NCBI GenBank assembly: GCA_965198175.1
Contig: OZ240245.1
Coordinates: 1,824,001 to 1,888,000, forward strand
Direction: 5' to 3'
Length of the DNA stretch: 64,000 nt
Source of the DNA: Candidatus Poribacteria bacterium
Lineage (GTDB): Bacteria; Poribacteria; WGA-4E; PCPOR2b
Shown one piece after another: positions 28,486 through 38,914 of the stretch. The translations under genes were made by a program, and so were the position numbers. Every line of letters starts with the position of its first letter. Position 1 is the stretch's first letter. Below the pieces are notes generated by a model. That model did not search any database. It was not told the DNA's origin and worked only from the letters and a program-made list of their open reading frames with translations.

Positions 28486-29433
28486 TCAAATTCGGATAAA
28501 TTTTTGTAAATGATGTCGATTCGGCGATTCTGGCATTATGCCGACTTCTCCCACGTACAAGTCTCCATGAACATCAAGATAGATCCCGTGCCCACCTTGA
28601 AAGTCACCCGGTATGTCTGCCCCGCCACCGGAACCCCATCGAGCTTGGAGTTCACCATTGAGATTAAAGATACTGACACGGCCAGGCAGTTCTGCTACGT
28701 AAGCGTAGTCGTCGGAATCAATGAAAAGCTGACACGGAGATTGGGTATCTGTCCATTCGTCTAGATACTCACCATCAGCGGTGAAGATTTGGATACGGTT
28801 GTTCGATCGATCCGCAACGTATACCTTCTCATTGCGGTCGACAGCAACGCCGTGTGGGAGAATAAACTGTCCGGGGCCATTGCCGGGTTCGCCCCATGAA
28901 AAGAGGAGTTCTCCGCCAGCCGAAAATTTGTGGACACGAGCGTTGCCATAGCCATCTGAGATATACATCTCCCCACTCTCGGAAAGACCCAGATTGGTCG
29001 GCAAATTGAAGGGTGGCCCAGCGCGTACAACGGTGCCGGGATCCATGTTAATTACGCCGGTATCGGAACATTGACCGCTGACACCCAAGGTCAAAAGGAG
29101 TTCGCCGTCGGTGGTGAACTTCCGAACGGTGTGGTCGAAATCATCGGTGAGGTACACTGCATCGTCAGGTCCGATAAAGATGCCGTGCGGTCGGGCGAAG
29201 TTTCCCTCACCCCAGGAGTTTACAAACGTGCCATCGCGCTCGAAGATAATAACCGGGGGCTCGCCACGGTGGAAAACATAAACACGGTCGCTTGAGTCTA
29301 CGGCTACGCCAGGTACTTCGCCAAAACGCCACCCGTGCGGCAACTGTTCCCAACCCTGGGCTACCTCGTATCTAAATCCTCCAGTACCCTCAATTTCAAC
29401 TTCGGAGTTGCGGTTCGTTGTTGTTTGGTCCAT
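28486..29433 (-). CDS. NHL-repeat beta-propeller (peptidyl-alpha-hydroxyglycine lyase-like)
   Basis: PHGIFI, DGYGNARVHKF and PHGVAVD...VADRSNNRIQIF motifs. Confidence 0.88.
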   Translation of the reverse strand: MDQTTTNRNSEVEIEGTGGFRYEVAQGWEQLPHGWRFGEVPGVAVDSSDRVYVFHRGEPPVIIFERDGTFVNSWGEGNFARPHGIFIGPDDAVYLTDDFDHTVRKFTTDGELLLTLGVSGQCSDTGVINMDPGTVVRAGPPFNLPTNLGLSESGEMYISDGYGNARVHKFSAGGELLFSWGEPGNGPGQFILPHGVAVDRNEKVYVADRSNNRIQIFTADGEYLDEWTDTQSPCQLFIDSDDYAYVAELPGRVSIFNLNGELQARWGSGGGADIPGDFQGGHGIYLDVHGDLYVGEVGIMPESPNRHHLQKFIRI

Positions 29434-29716
29434 TATAATTCTCCTGTAATTATGTATCAGATTTCCAAAAGCGAAGGGGCAATCTGTCGCCTTGCTATTG
29501 GGCTTAATTCGATATTATACCAAATTTTCCAACAGAATTGTGCATAAATATTTGTCCCGTTGAGCGCAGGGGATGGTTCTTGACTTGGTTCAGAATGGCA
29601 TTTTCCGCACTGATTGCCGACTGATTGGGATTCGAAACAACTTGTCGAATGACCTAAAGTGAAGGTGAGCCTCTGTATTGGTCTTTGAGGACAAATCGGC
29701 AATCAGTCGGTTTAAA

Positions 29717-32700
29717 TTACTCAACAACGAGAATTTTGCCGATTGCATTTGTGCGTTCTTTGGCGCCAGCCCGTTGTGCTTCAAGGCGGAAGACATAGAC
29801 CCCGCGCGCAACGTCTGCCCCCGATTGATTTTCAAGATTCCAGGTCACGAGTTGATCGGTTCGACCGGCGCGAATATCTTGAAATTCCTCATAGAATACA
29901 AGATCACCCGCGAAATCATAGATGCTAAGGAGAACATCTAGCACTTCGTCATCGGTGGCGTTGACATCGAAGGAGAAATTAGCGGTATCGCCGGCAGCCT
30001 GTCTCACGGGATTGGGCCAAGCGTATGTTGAACCCTTGAATGAAAGCGAAACCGCGAATGTCGCCGTCACTCCGTCAACGACTGTGGCGTTTCCGGCGCG
30101 ATCGGTGGCACGAACATCGAGGTTATATACCCCGGATTGCGAGGGCAGAAAATCGAGCGACCAACGGCTCCACGGTTCTTCCTCTGCCTCGCTCTCATCT
30201 TGAGCGATGACAGAATTGATTGGGATGCCGTTGGGACCGACTCCAACGATTTCGACGAGTAAAACCCCGGAAGCAGAAACTTCATCAGTTTCTGGGTCAT
30301 GAGCTGTTCCCTTTAAGGGAATCGGTTCATTTTCAAGCGTCGTGACCCCGCCGAAATCCGTCAGTGCGGCAACCGGTTCCGTTCTTTCATGGAGAAACTG
30401 CATAGAGATTGAATCGCTGGGTTGAAAGCCGAGATTCTCCTCATCTAACCCAACGCTCGTGATAGCAACTTGATAAATTCCTTCTACTGTTAGGGCGTCA
30501 GATTTGAACTCAATTTCATCGACGCCGTTCTGACGCAAGCTGCCGTTAATCGGATTATCATCCGGGCCACGTAACGTAATCATTGATTGAGACAGATCCA
30601 CTCCAAGTCCGCGCCCTCCATCTAGGGTAATATCTTCAAGTCTTGACCGAATGACTACGCCACTACTGCTGTTGGTTGCCGATGGGTAGTCGGGACGGTT
30701 TCTATCGTAGAGCAGAGGCAGGTCGTTTATTTCCAGGGAGTCGGTAATGATTATCGGCGGGCGTGTGTCGTAGAAAAACTCGTAAATCACCGGTTCAGAG
30801 ACATTTTCGGCGCGATCTTCAGCAAGTAACGTTACTCGATACTGCCCATCTTGACTTCCGTCACTAGCAAGTGGGGTCGTCAGTCGGAAGGATAGCGTTT
30901 GCTGTCCATCGCTATACAAGGTTCCGCGAATCTGCTGACCTGTCTCGATTTTCTCGAGCGTGAGCCAAGACTCAGCTAAATTGTCCCAATCAATTCCCGA
31001 ACTCGGTTCGTCGTCAGTAACGGGAACCTGAATCTCGTTGAGTGCGTTATTAACGCCTGGCTCCGCTACAATCAACGATACCGTATCCGGATCAACCTCG
31101 GGTGGCACCGTATCGTAGGCAAAGGTAAATTGGCGCGGCGACCCTTGTCGTCCGGCACGATTGACTGGTATCACCGAAATGGCATACATTCCATCGTCAG
31201 ATCCATCAGCGGCGAGTGGACGCGATAGCCGATACACCAACCTGCTTCCTGCTTCAGTCTGTATGCCCGCCACACGTGTATCATCGGGGGCAAGCAGGGC
31301 AATCGTTGAGCGACCCGAGACGCCGCCATCCAACTGAAGTTGGGCTTCAACTTGTCGAAGTGGACGATTCGTAAATGCCTTTTCCGAGGGTGAGGTTGCT
31401 GGAACGGTTGAAACGACAGCAGGTATACTTGACGAAAAAAGGAAACTTGCCATGAACGGTGTATCGGCACCATTTCCCGCGCGATCCACGGCTTGAACGC
31501 GGATGGTATAATTCCCGTCCTCCACAAGCCCTGGAATCCGCAGCATCATCCTCGCTCGCCCATCGTTGTTTGGCTCTCCGGCAATTTCGACGCCGTTTGC
31601 GTCCAAAAGGGTCAACGTGGAAGCACCAAAATCGATGCCGCTGTCACCGGTATCCTGTAAATCGGCTGTAATTAAACGAACATCATCACTGATTGCCTCC
31701 CCATCTGCGGGATGCGTTTGCACCCTTGGGGCTATCGTATCATACACCAGTTGATGCGCAATCCCACTTAGATTGCCCGCATTATCGCTGAGAACAACAA
31801 CAACGCTGTAGGTACCATCGTCGCTGCCATCGGTCGCGAGCGGCTGAGAAAGGGTGAAGATAATCAGTTCGGTCCCGTCATCGGTTAAGTCGCCTGAGAT
31901 AAGGTTTCCGTGCGCATCCCACAGATGAAGCCTCTGTTCATCAATTTTTAGTCCAGCCGGACCGACATCAACCACCAATGCGGCGATCTGGGAAATTTGC
32001 TCACCGATATAAGAGACCGCTTGGGTGAGATCGATTGGCGCTATCGCGCTCATCACAGGAGGCTGAGAATCGAATATGAATTGATGGCGCGCCGGAACGC
32101 CCGCTACACCCGCTGAATCAACTGGAGTTATTGTTGCCGTATAGGTGCCATCCATCGTACCGTCCGATGCCAGTTGCAACGGCGTCCAGACAATCTCATT
32201 CGTTCCACTTGTGCTCTGAATTCCGTCTACTTCGCCGTTGGGACCTACCACGGTGATATTAGATCCGTCTGAGGTCAAGTCTAATCCAACGCCGCTGACA
32301 TCTACAAGCGAGGCAGTGATAGCGTCCAGTGCATTGACAAATTCAACTGGCACAGTGTGTCCGCTGACCGTGATTATATCAACACGGGGAGGCGCTAACT
32401 CAATGCGGAATTTGTAAGGGACGACGTGCCCGGAGACATTGCCGGCGCGGTCACGCGGTGTAATTTCGAGCGTGTACGTGCCGGAACGGTTCAGGCGAGT
32501 AAAACTGATAGTCATCATGTCAACACCGTCATCGGTAGTATGTACGTCGACCTGAATGTCGCCCAGCGCGATCAATCTAACCTCCGTTCCCACAAGGTCT
32601 ACACCACTGACCTGCCCTATCTCATCATTTGCGTCAGAGAATCTGACTGTAATCTCGCTCAAAGACGTATCTATGATTTGTAGCTGTTCAGCTGGGATTG

Positions 32701-35700
32701 GCGCCGGGGTTGCGGTATTTGCCGTCACGGACACAATCTGTGGTATTTGTGTATCGTAGATAAACGTCCTCGAAACTTCCACGAGGTTTCCAGCCTTGTC
32801 GACAACCGTCAGTCCGATGATGTATTCCCCATCTGCGTCCCCGTTTCGAGGCAGTGGGGAACCCAACTCCAGCGTAAGTGTCGAAGTCGATTTATCCACC
32901 CGCATCCGACCGGGGAGAGTGTTGTCGTTAGGTCCCTGAAGCTGAATCGTCGAATGGTCGAAATCAATTCCTCCACCGCTGTGATCCAACAACGTCGCGC
33001 TTACAGACGTGAGTTGGGTCGCAGTTGAAAACTCAGCCGGCGTCGTCGAAACAATCTCTGGCTTCTGTGTACTATAGAAGAACGGAAACTCGATTGGACT
33101 GGTAAACATGTTTCCCGCCAGATCAGCTAGGGTCACCAGGATTCGGTAACGCCCATCAGCTAATCCATCCGCCCGCAGCGGATTAAAGCTGAAGAACACA
33201 GTTCCAGCTCCATCATCGGTTTGATTTCCGCCAATTTCGTCTCCGTTTGGGTCCACTAGACGAACTGTTGTTCTTGAGAGATCCATTCCACTGCCATCTT
33301 TGTCCGAGAAGACAACAGTAAGTTGTTGGATGGGGGAGGTAATGACTGTAGGTACTTGAAAGAGGACATCAATACTTGCACCGTCTATCTGTGCAGCGCG
33401 AATGGAATGCACGTTTGGCGCCTGAGTGTCGTAACGAAGGGTGAAGATTCTGTCTTCAAGATTTCCGGCTTTATCGAAGGCTTGGACACGGATTGAATAG
33501 GGGCCATCGGCATCGCCGTTGCGTGAGAGAGGTGTATCGAGCAGCCACCAGACCGTTGCGTTACTGTCGTTATTGAGGGCTCCGGGAACCGCTTCACCGA
33601 TGAGGTTCAATAACTGAACTGATGTGCGATCAAAGTCTATTCCTGCACTATCATCGCCGAGGACGACCGTGACCTGTGTCAACAGGTCGCTGACATTGGA
33701 GGCGTCCCCTGTGATGTCGAGCGGAATAACACGGGACAGCGAGACCACACTCAGCGCCTCAATGAAGGGTTTCTCCATATCGTAGGTGATTGCGAATGTC
33801 TGTGGAACCCCCCTGTTTCCTGCGAAATCCATCAGCGTTACAACGAGGGTGTATGCGCCAACGCTCGGAAGCACGGCAGATTCAAACGTGATGCGACTCA
33901 TTCCGTCATAGGTCTTTTCGCCGTCAATTGGGGTATTGTCTGGGGCGAGCAGTTGAACCTCTGACGCAACGAAATCGACGCCCGATCCATCGCCAACATC
34001 CTCATTTGACTGGGGCGCTGGGTCTATTACCTCGAATTCGACTTCGATGAGATTCCGGGTGGTCGCGCTCTCCGCAGGCATACGGGAATCCGGGGTGATT
34101 ATCGGCGGTTGGCTATCATACAGAAAATGGCGCGTGTAGTTTGCTGTTGTTCCGAGTTTATCAACGAGATTGAAGTCGATAGTGTACTGCCCATCCACCG
34201 TGCCGTCGGTTGGAAGTAAGGTTTCCAGCGTGAGTGTCAGAACGCTATCATTTCTCAAAGTGCCCATAATTCTTTCTCCGCTGGGGCCTTTCAAAATGAT
34301 TGTAGATTTCGAAAAATCGATTCCACTTCCGCTGTTATCAATCAGCATCGCAGTAATCTCTTCCACTCGGTTGACAATCGCGTTGTCTGCTGGCGCCAGT
34401 GTGTCAATCTCTGGGGCTCTTGTCGCGAAGGTAAATTCAAATTGGAATGGGGCGTCCGCAACGTTCCCCGCTCGATCGGCGGAGGTCACTTCAATGGCGT
34501 AAATGCCGTCCGCAGTTCCATCTGTCTGGAGCGGATTGAATTGCAAGATAATCGTGTCAAGACCGTTATCCGAGATGTTTGACAAAATCGGCGAGCCATC
34601 AGGTTGAATTAGACGCACCTGGGACACACCGAGATCTATGCCACTTAGGTCCGACTCGAATTTTACAAGAGTCTGACTCAACTGGGAGACGTAATCACCG
34701 GCTGACGGGGTTGTGCTTGCAATGGTCGGAATCTGCGTGTCAAAGGTAAAGGTAAACTCTTCGGTGAAAGCACTGCCGGCGAAATCTTCATATCTTACGC
34801 TGACGGTGTATTCACCATCTGCTGAACCGTTGCGAGGAAGAAGCGTATCAATCGTCCATATCAAGCGTGCGTTTTCTGCATCGGACGATACGTCCTTGGG
34901 TAGTACAACCATCCCATCCGGTCCTATCACTTGAATTGTCGATTTGTGGCGCAAGACGCCGTCTTGCAGTACAGGGGAAAAATAGATTCCGGGACCACTG
35001 TAACCCAAGAGTTGCGTTTCAATTGTCGTCAGGGTGCTGATTTGAGATTCGCTGGGGGTATTGAGCCGAATCTCTGGGGCTCTTGTCGCGAAGGTAAATT
35101 CAAATTGGAATGGGGCGTCCGCAACGTTCCCCGCTCGATCGGCGGAGGTCACTTCAATGGCGTAAATGCCGTCCGCAGTTCCATCTGTCTGGAGCGGATT
35201 GAATTGCAAGATAATCGTGTCAAGACCGTTATCCGAGATGTTTGACAAAATCGGCGAGCCATCAGGTTGAATTAGACGCACCTGGGACACACCGAGATCT
35301 ATGCCACTTAGGTCCGACTCGAATTTTACAAGAGTCTGACTCAACTGGGAGACGTAATCACCGGCTGACGGGGTTGTGCTTGCAATGGTCGGAATCTGCG
35401 TGTCAAAGGTAAAGGTAAACTCTTCGGTGAAAGCACTGCCGGCGAAATCTTCATATCTTACGCTGACGGTGTATTCACCATCTGCTGAACCGTTGCGAGG
35501 AAGAAGCGTATCAATCGTCCATATCAAGCGTGCGTTTTCTGCATCGGACGATACGTCCTTGGGTAGTACAACCATCCCATCCGGTCCTATCACTTGAATT
35601 GTCGATTTGTGGCGCAAGACGCCGTCTTGCAGTACAGGGGAAAAATAGATTCCGGGACCACTGTAACCCAAGAGTTGCGTTTCAATTGTCGTCAGGGTGC

Positions 35701-38614
35701 TGATTTGAGATTCGCTGGGGGTATTGAGCCGAATCTCTGGGGCTCTTGTCGCGAAGGTAAATTCAAATTGGAATGGGGCGTCCGCAACGTTCCCCGCTCG
35801 ATCGGCGGAGGTCACTTCAATGGCGTAAATGCCGTCCGCAGTTCCATCTGTCTGGAGCGGATTGAATTGCAAGATAATCGTGTCAAGACCGTTATCCGAG
35901 ATGTTTGACAAAATCGGCGAGCCATCAGGTTGAATTAGACGCACCTGGGACACACCGAGATCTATGCCACTTAGGTCCGACTCGAATTTTACAAGAGTCT
36001 GACTCAACTGGGAGACGTAATCACCGGCTGACGGGGTTGTGCTTGCAATGGTCGGAATCTGCGTGTCAAAGGTAAAGGTAAACTCTTCGGTGAAAGCACT
36101 GCCGGCGAAATCTTCATATCTTACGCTGACGGTGTATTCACCATCTGCTGAACCGTTGCGAGGAAGAAGCGTATCAATCGTCCATATCAAGCGTGCGTTT
36201 TCTGCATCGGACGATACGTCCTTGGGTAGTACAACCATCCCATCCGGTCCTATCACTTGAATTGTCGATTTGTGGCGCAAGACGCCGTCTTGCAGTACAG
36301 GGGAAAAATAGATTCCGGGACCACTGTAACCCAAGAGTTGCGTTTCAATTGTCGTCAGGGTGCTGATTTGAGATTCGCTGGGGGTATTGAGCCGAATTTC
36401 TGGGATTTGTGTGTCAAAGAAGAACCGATGAGCACGTACTGTTCCGATGTTCCCGGCACGATCGGCGGGGGCGATTTCGATAGTGTACTCGCCATCGTCC
36501 GAGCCGTCTGTCGCAAGCGGTTTCGCCAAGGTAAGCGTCACGGTGTCTTGACCGTTATCGCTGGTATCAACGCCAATCTCATTTCCTTCCTGGAGCAGTC
36601 TGACGGTGGTGGATGAAAAATTAACCCCGCTCGACACATCGTTGAGGCGAACGGACACTTTTGAGAGAGATGAAACGGTTTCGTTGTCGCCTGGTGTTGT
36701 TGAAACAAGCACAGGTGCCTGCGTGTCATAAATCAGAACAGCGTCCGTCGTTTGCGTGTTGCCCACATTGTCCACAAAGCTCACTTGAACCCTATATGTG
36801 CCGTCTTGACTCCCATCGCGGACTTGAAGCGGTTGGTTCAACCGAAAGGTTAGTGTATTGTTATTCAAATCCGGAATCAACGCCCCTGCTTCCGGCACCC
36901 AATCATCCTCTTCTACGTGGCGCACCATCTCAATTGTCGTCGTATCAAGATTGACCCCGCTACCATTCGCATCGTCAAAAGCGGCGGTTATCAGAGAAAG
37001 CGGAGTGTTCTGGAAGGTTTGCGGTTCCGAAATCTCAATCGGCAAAAGGGAGATTAGTTGGGGCGGTTGGGTGTCGTAAACAAAGGGGATCTGCCACTGT
37101 GAACCTTCGTTTGCTGCGTTATCGAGCGGCGTGACGATGAGGGTGTACGTTCCATCGTCAGTTCCGTCTGTCACTAGCGGGAAACTCAGCCACCATCGGA
37201 TACCGTTCTCGCCAATGGGGCTCTGTACGCCGTCCACTTCTCCTTTAGGACCATTGAGGCGGATGGTCGAGACATTGCGATTAAGTGCAATGTTATCTGC
37301 AAGGAAGGCATCGACAAACATCAGTGGTGTCTTGATGGCTGCTCCTGGTTTTAGTTCCGCCCCGTTAGCAGTGACTTTAGTCACAATCGGCGGGTTTGTA
37401 TCGAAAGTGAAATTCACGATGCGCTGAGCATTGTTCCCCGCCAGGTCCAACGCATCGGCGGTGACAGTGTAAACCCCGTTTTCATCAAGATCATCCAAAG
37501 GTGAATTGAGAGTCAGGGTAAGACGGTTTTCGCTCTCGTCGCTGTTGTGACTTCCCGCGATTGAATCGCCGTTTTCATTTTCCAATGTAATCTTTGTCGA
37601 TGTCGGGGTGAAATCAATGGAGGTTCCGCCATCTGGATTGACTATCGCCTCGATTACTGAAATCGGTGTGTTTTGAAAGGTGTTGTCGCTAGGCGTTACC
37701 TGCGAGATGGACGGTGGTACAGTATCAATAGTTACCGCGCCAATGGTGAACATACCGATGTTGCCGGCTCTATCACTCCCCCGAAGGTGCAAATTATAAA
37801 TACCGTCGCTCAGCGCTATGCCAAAACTGTCGTCCCCCTTCCAAGTGTAGGTGTACCTTCCTTTTGAGCGGCCATGAAATAGAATTGCGGGTATGTTGGT
37901 CTCGATGAATTCTAATTGGAGGGTTGCCAAATCTTCAGAGAGGGTATAGCTGATTTTCGTTGAATCTTCGGTACCATCCCCGTTTGGTGAGAACTCGCGT
38001 TGGGAAACTTGCACAGACGCCCCGGGCGAAGTTGTGTCAATAGTAGCAGAACGGGTATCGGAGGTGTATCCAAATATCTCGTCCACTCTACCGTCTTGGA
38101 ACGCATCAATATCAACACGGATCTCGTAGGACCCGTCCCTAACAGTACGAGCGGTGGGCGGCGACTCTTGGTCTGGAGACCGATCCTTGCCGTCCCACTC
38201 CTGACGGATAACTTTGGGCGAATCGCTCTCGGCGGCTCCGGAGCCTATGGCGCCTTTGATTAGCCAATCATCGTCGGGGTTGAATTTTCCATCAGGCGGA
38301 CCAATCCCCCCCGCGCCATGCACGTCGATTATTATTCGGAAATCCCCTAGAGAACCATCCCCCGCAAAGCTGATAAGTAGCTTATCCTGTACGCCGTCTC
38401 CGTTTGGGCTGAAGACGGTATCTTCGTCCGCGTCATCAATCACCTGCAGAGCTGATTCAAAACCGAGCCCCCAAGCTAGCGACTGTTCCGGGGCACAGGG
38501 CAAGCGAAGTTGAAGCAGGAGAAAGAAAATAGATAGACGCAGAATAATATGAAAACGCCCTACGGGCGAAATTCTTCCAGCGCAATGATGTTTCAAGGTT
38601 TTGAGAATAAACAC
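29717..38614 (-). CDS. Giant secreted Ig-like repeat protein (2965 aa) with FlgD-type N-terminal domains and a C-terminal FlgD/T9SS-CTD-like domain
   Basis: Signal peptide; two FSPNGDG motifs; >20 DGxxDGxY...DxAGN...YDTxxP repeats; C-terminal WPNPV...WNLENQSG..VARGVY. Confidence 0.88.
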   Translation of the reverse strand: MFILKTLKHHCAGRISPVGRFHIILRLSIFFLLLQLRLPCAPEQSLAWGLGFESALQVIDDADEDTVFSPNGDGVQDKLLISFAGDGSLGDFRIIIDVHGAGGIGPPDGKFNPDDDWLIKGAIGSGAAESDSPKVIRQEWDGKDRSPDQESPPTARTVRDGSYEIRVDIDAFQDGRVDEIFGYTSDTRSATIDTTSPGASVQVSQREFSPNGDGTEDSTKISYTLSEDLATLQLEFIETNIPAILFHGRSKGRYTYTWKGDDSFGIALSDGIYNLHLRGSDRAGNIGMFTIGAVTIDTVPPSISQVTPSDNTFQNTPISVIEAIVNPDGGTSIDFTPTSTKITLENENGDSIAGSHNSDESENRLTLTLNSPLDDLDENGVYTVTADALDLAGNNAQRIVNFTFDTNPPIVTKVTANGAELKPGAAIKTPLMFVDAFLADNIALNRNVSTIRLNGPKGEVDGVQSPIGENGIRWWLSFPLVTDGTDDGTYTLIVTPLDNAANEGSQWQIPFVYDTQPPQLISLLPIEISEPQTFQNTPLSLITAAFDDANGSGVNLDTTTIEMVRHVEEDDWVPEAGALIPDLNNNTLTFRLNQPLQVRDGSQDGTYRVQVSFVDNVGNTQTTDAVLIYDTQAPVLVSTTPGDNETVSSLSKVSVRLNDVSSGVNFSSTTVRLLQEGNEIGVDTSDNGQDTVTLTLAKPLATDGSDDGEYTIEIAPADRAGNIGTVRAHRFFFDTQIPEIRLNTPSESQISTLTTIETQLLGYSGPGIYFSPVLQDGVLRHKSTIQVIGPDGMVVLPKDVSSDAENARLIWTIDTLLPRNGSADGEYTVSVRYEDFAGSAFTEEFTFTFDTQIPTIASTTPSAGDYVSQLSQTLVKFESDLSGIDLGVSQVRLIQPDGSPILSNISDNGLDTIILQFNPLQTDGTADGIYAIEVTSADRAGNVADAPFQFEFTFATRAPEIRLNTPSESQISTLTTIETQLLGYSGPGIYFSPVLQDGVLRHKSTIQVIGPDGMVVLPKDVSSDAENARLIWTIDTLLPRNGSADGEYTVSVRYEDFAGSAFTEEFTFTFDTQIPTIASTTPSAGDYVSQLSQTLVKFESDLSGIDLGVSQVRLIQPDGSPILSNISDNGLDTIILQFNPLQTDGTADGIYAIEVTSADRAGNVADAPFQFEFTFATRAPEIRLNTPSESQISTLTTIETQLLGYSGPGIYFSPVLQDGVLRHKSTIQVIGPDGMVVLPKDVSSDAENARLIWTIDTLLPRNGSADGEYTVSVRYEDFAGSAFTEEFTFTFDTQIPTIASTTPSAGDYVSQLSQTLVKFESDLSGIDLGVSQVRLIQPDGSPILSNISDNGLDTIILQFNPLQTDGTADGIYAIEVTSADRAGNVADAPFQFEFTFATRAPEIDTLAPADNAIVNRVEEITAMLIDNSGSGIDFSKSTIILKGPSGERIMGTLRNDSVLTLTLETLLPTDGTVDGQYTIDFNLVDKLGTTANYTRHFLYDSQPPIITPDSRMPAESATTRNLIEVEFEVIDPAPQSNEDVGDGSGVDFVASEVQLLAPDNTPIDGEKTYDGMSRITFESAVLPSVGAYTLVVTLMDFAGNRGVPQTFAITYDMEKPFIEALSVVSLSRVIPLDITGDASNVSDLLTQVTVVLGDDSAGIDFDRTSVQLLNLIGEAVPGALNNDSNATVWWLLDTPLSRNGDADGPYSIRVQAFDKAGNLEDRIFTLRYDTQAPNVHSIRAAQIDGASIDVLFQVPTVITSPIQQLTVVFSDKDGSGMDLSRTTVRLVDPNGDEIGGNQTDDGAGTVFFSFNPLRADGLADGRYRILVTLADLAGNMFTSPIEFPFFYSTQKPEIVSTTPAEFSTATQLTSVSATLLDHSGGGIDFDHSTIQLQGPNDNTLPGRMRVDKSTSTLTLELGSPLPRNGDADGEYIIGLTVVDKAGNLVEVSRTFIYDTQIPQIVSVTANTATPAPIPAEQLQIIDTSLSEITVRFSDANDEIGQVSGVDLVGTEVRLIALGDIQVDVHTTDDGVDMMTISFTRLNRSGTYTLEITPRDRAGNVSGHVVPYKFRIELAPPRVDIITVSGHTVPVEFVNALDAITASLVDVSGVGLDLTSDGSNITVVGPNGEVDGIQSTSGTNEIVWTPLQLASDGTMDGTYTATITPVDSAGVAGVPARHQFIFDSQPPVMSAIAPIDLTQAVSYIGEQISQIAALVVDVGPAGLKIDEQRLHLWDAHGNLISGDLTDDGTELIIFTLSQPLATDGSDDGTYSVVVVLSDNAGNLSGIAHQLVYDTIAPRVQTHPADGEAISDDVRLITADLQDTGDSGIDFGASTLTLLDANGVEIAGEPNNDGRARMMLRIPGLVEDGNYTIRVQAVDRAGNGADTPFMASFLFSSSIPAVVSTVPATSPSEKAFTNRPLRQVEAQLQLDGGVSGRSTIALLAPDDTRVAGIQTEAGSRLVYRLSRPLAADGSDDGMYAISVIPVNRAGRQGSPRQFTFAYDTVPPEVDPDTVSLIVAEPGVNNALNEIQVPVTDDEPSSGIDWDNLAESWLTLEKIETGQQIRGTLYSDGQQTLSFRLTTPLASDGSQDGQYRVTLLAEDRAENVSEPVIYEFFYDTRPPIIITDSLEINDLPLLYDRNRPDYPSATNSSSGVVIRSRLEDITLDGGRGLGVDLSQSMITLRGPDDNPINGSLRQNGVDEIEFKSDALTVEGIYQVAITSVGLDEENLGFQPSDSISMQFLHERTEPVAALTDFGGVTTLENEPIPLKGTAHDPETDEVSASGVLLVEIVGVGPNGIPINSVIAQDESEAEEEPWSRWSLDFLPSQSGVYNLDVRATDRAGNATVVDGVTATFAVSLSFKGSTYAWPNPVRQAAGDTANFSFDVNATDDEVLDVLLSIYDFAGDLVFYEEFQDIRAGRTDQLVTWNLENQSGADVARGVYVFRLEAQRAGAKERTNAIGKILVVE
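34406..36397. repeat. Three 663-bp tandem repeats inside the giant gene
   Basis: Units start at 34406, 35069 and 35732; identical shadow ORFs recur at 663-nt period; 221-aa repeat in the protein. Confidence 0.95.
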
Positions 38615-38704
38615 TTGTCTCCTCTTAAGTTCAGGACATGGTGCTTGGGGCTACGAAGAATCCTCATCTCAACGATGTTATTTTGACGGAACGTTCAATT
38701 TGTC

Positions 38705-38731
38705 TTAGACGTAAAAACATCTGTTTGGTTG
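38705..38731 (-). promoter_or_regulatory. ECF-sigma-like promoter upstream of the giant protein gene
   Basis: CAAC-17 nt-GTCTAA on the minus strand. Confidence 0.45.
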
Positions 38732-38815
38732 AGGTATTGGGCGGAACAACAGGTGGATGTCTGGCGGGCGGCGCCGACATCGACTTGTGCCAGTCCACAA
38801 CTGGTATTTCAGTGC

Positions 38816-38847
38816 GTAGGTTAGGTTGAGCGCTAGAGAAACCCAAC
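38816..38847. repeat. REP-like GTAGGTT(A/G)GGTTG...AACCCAAC copy
   Basis: Inverted copy of the 4622/5690 module; further copies at ~47214-47229 and 48458-48485. Confidence 0.65.
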
Positions 38848-38914
38848 AAGATTATCAAGATTATCGCTGCATCGGATAGGTTTAGGCGTTGGGTGTCACT
38901 AGAATCCCAATCGA

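Noticed and set aside
34713..36616. Repeated identical plus-strand ORFs (73 and 104 aa)
   Set aside because: Antisense shadows of the 663-bp repeat.
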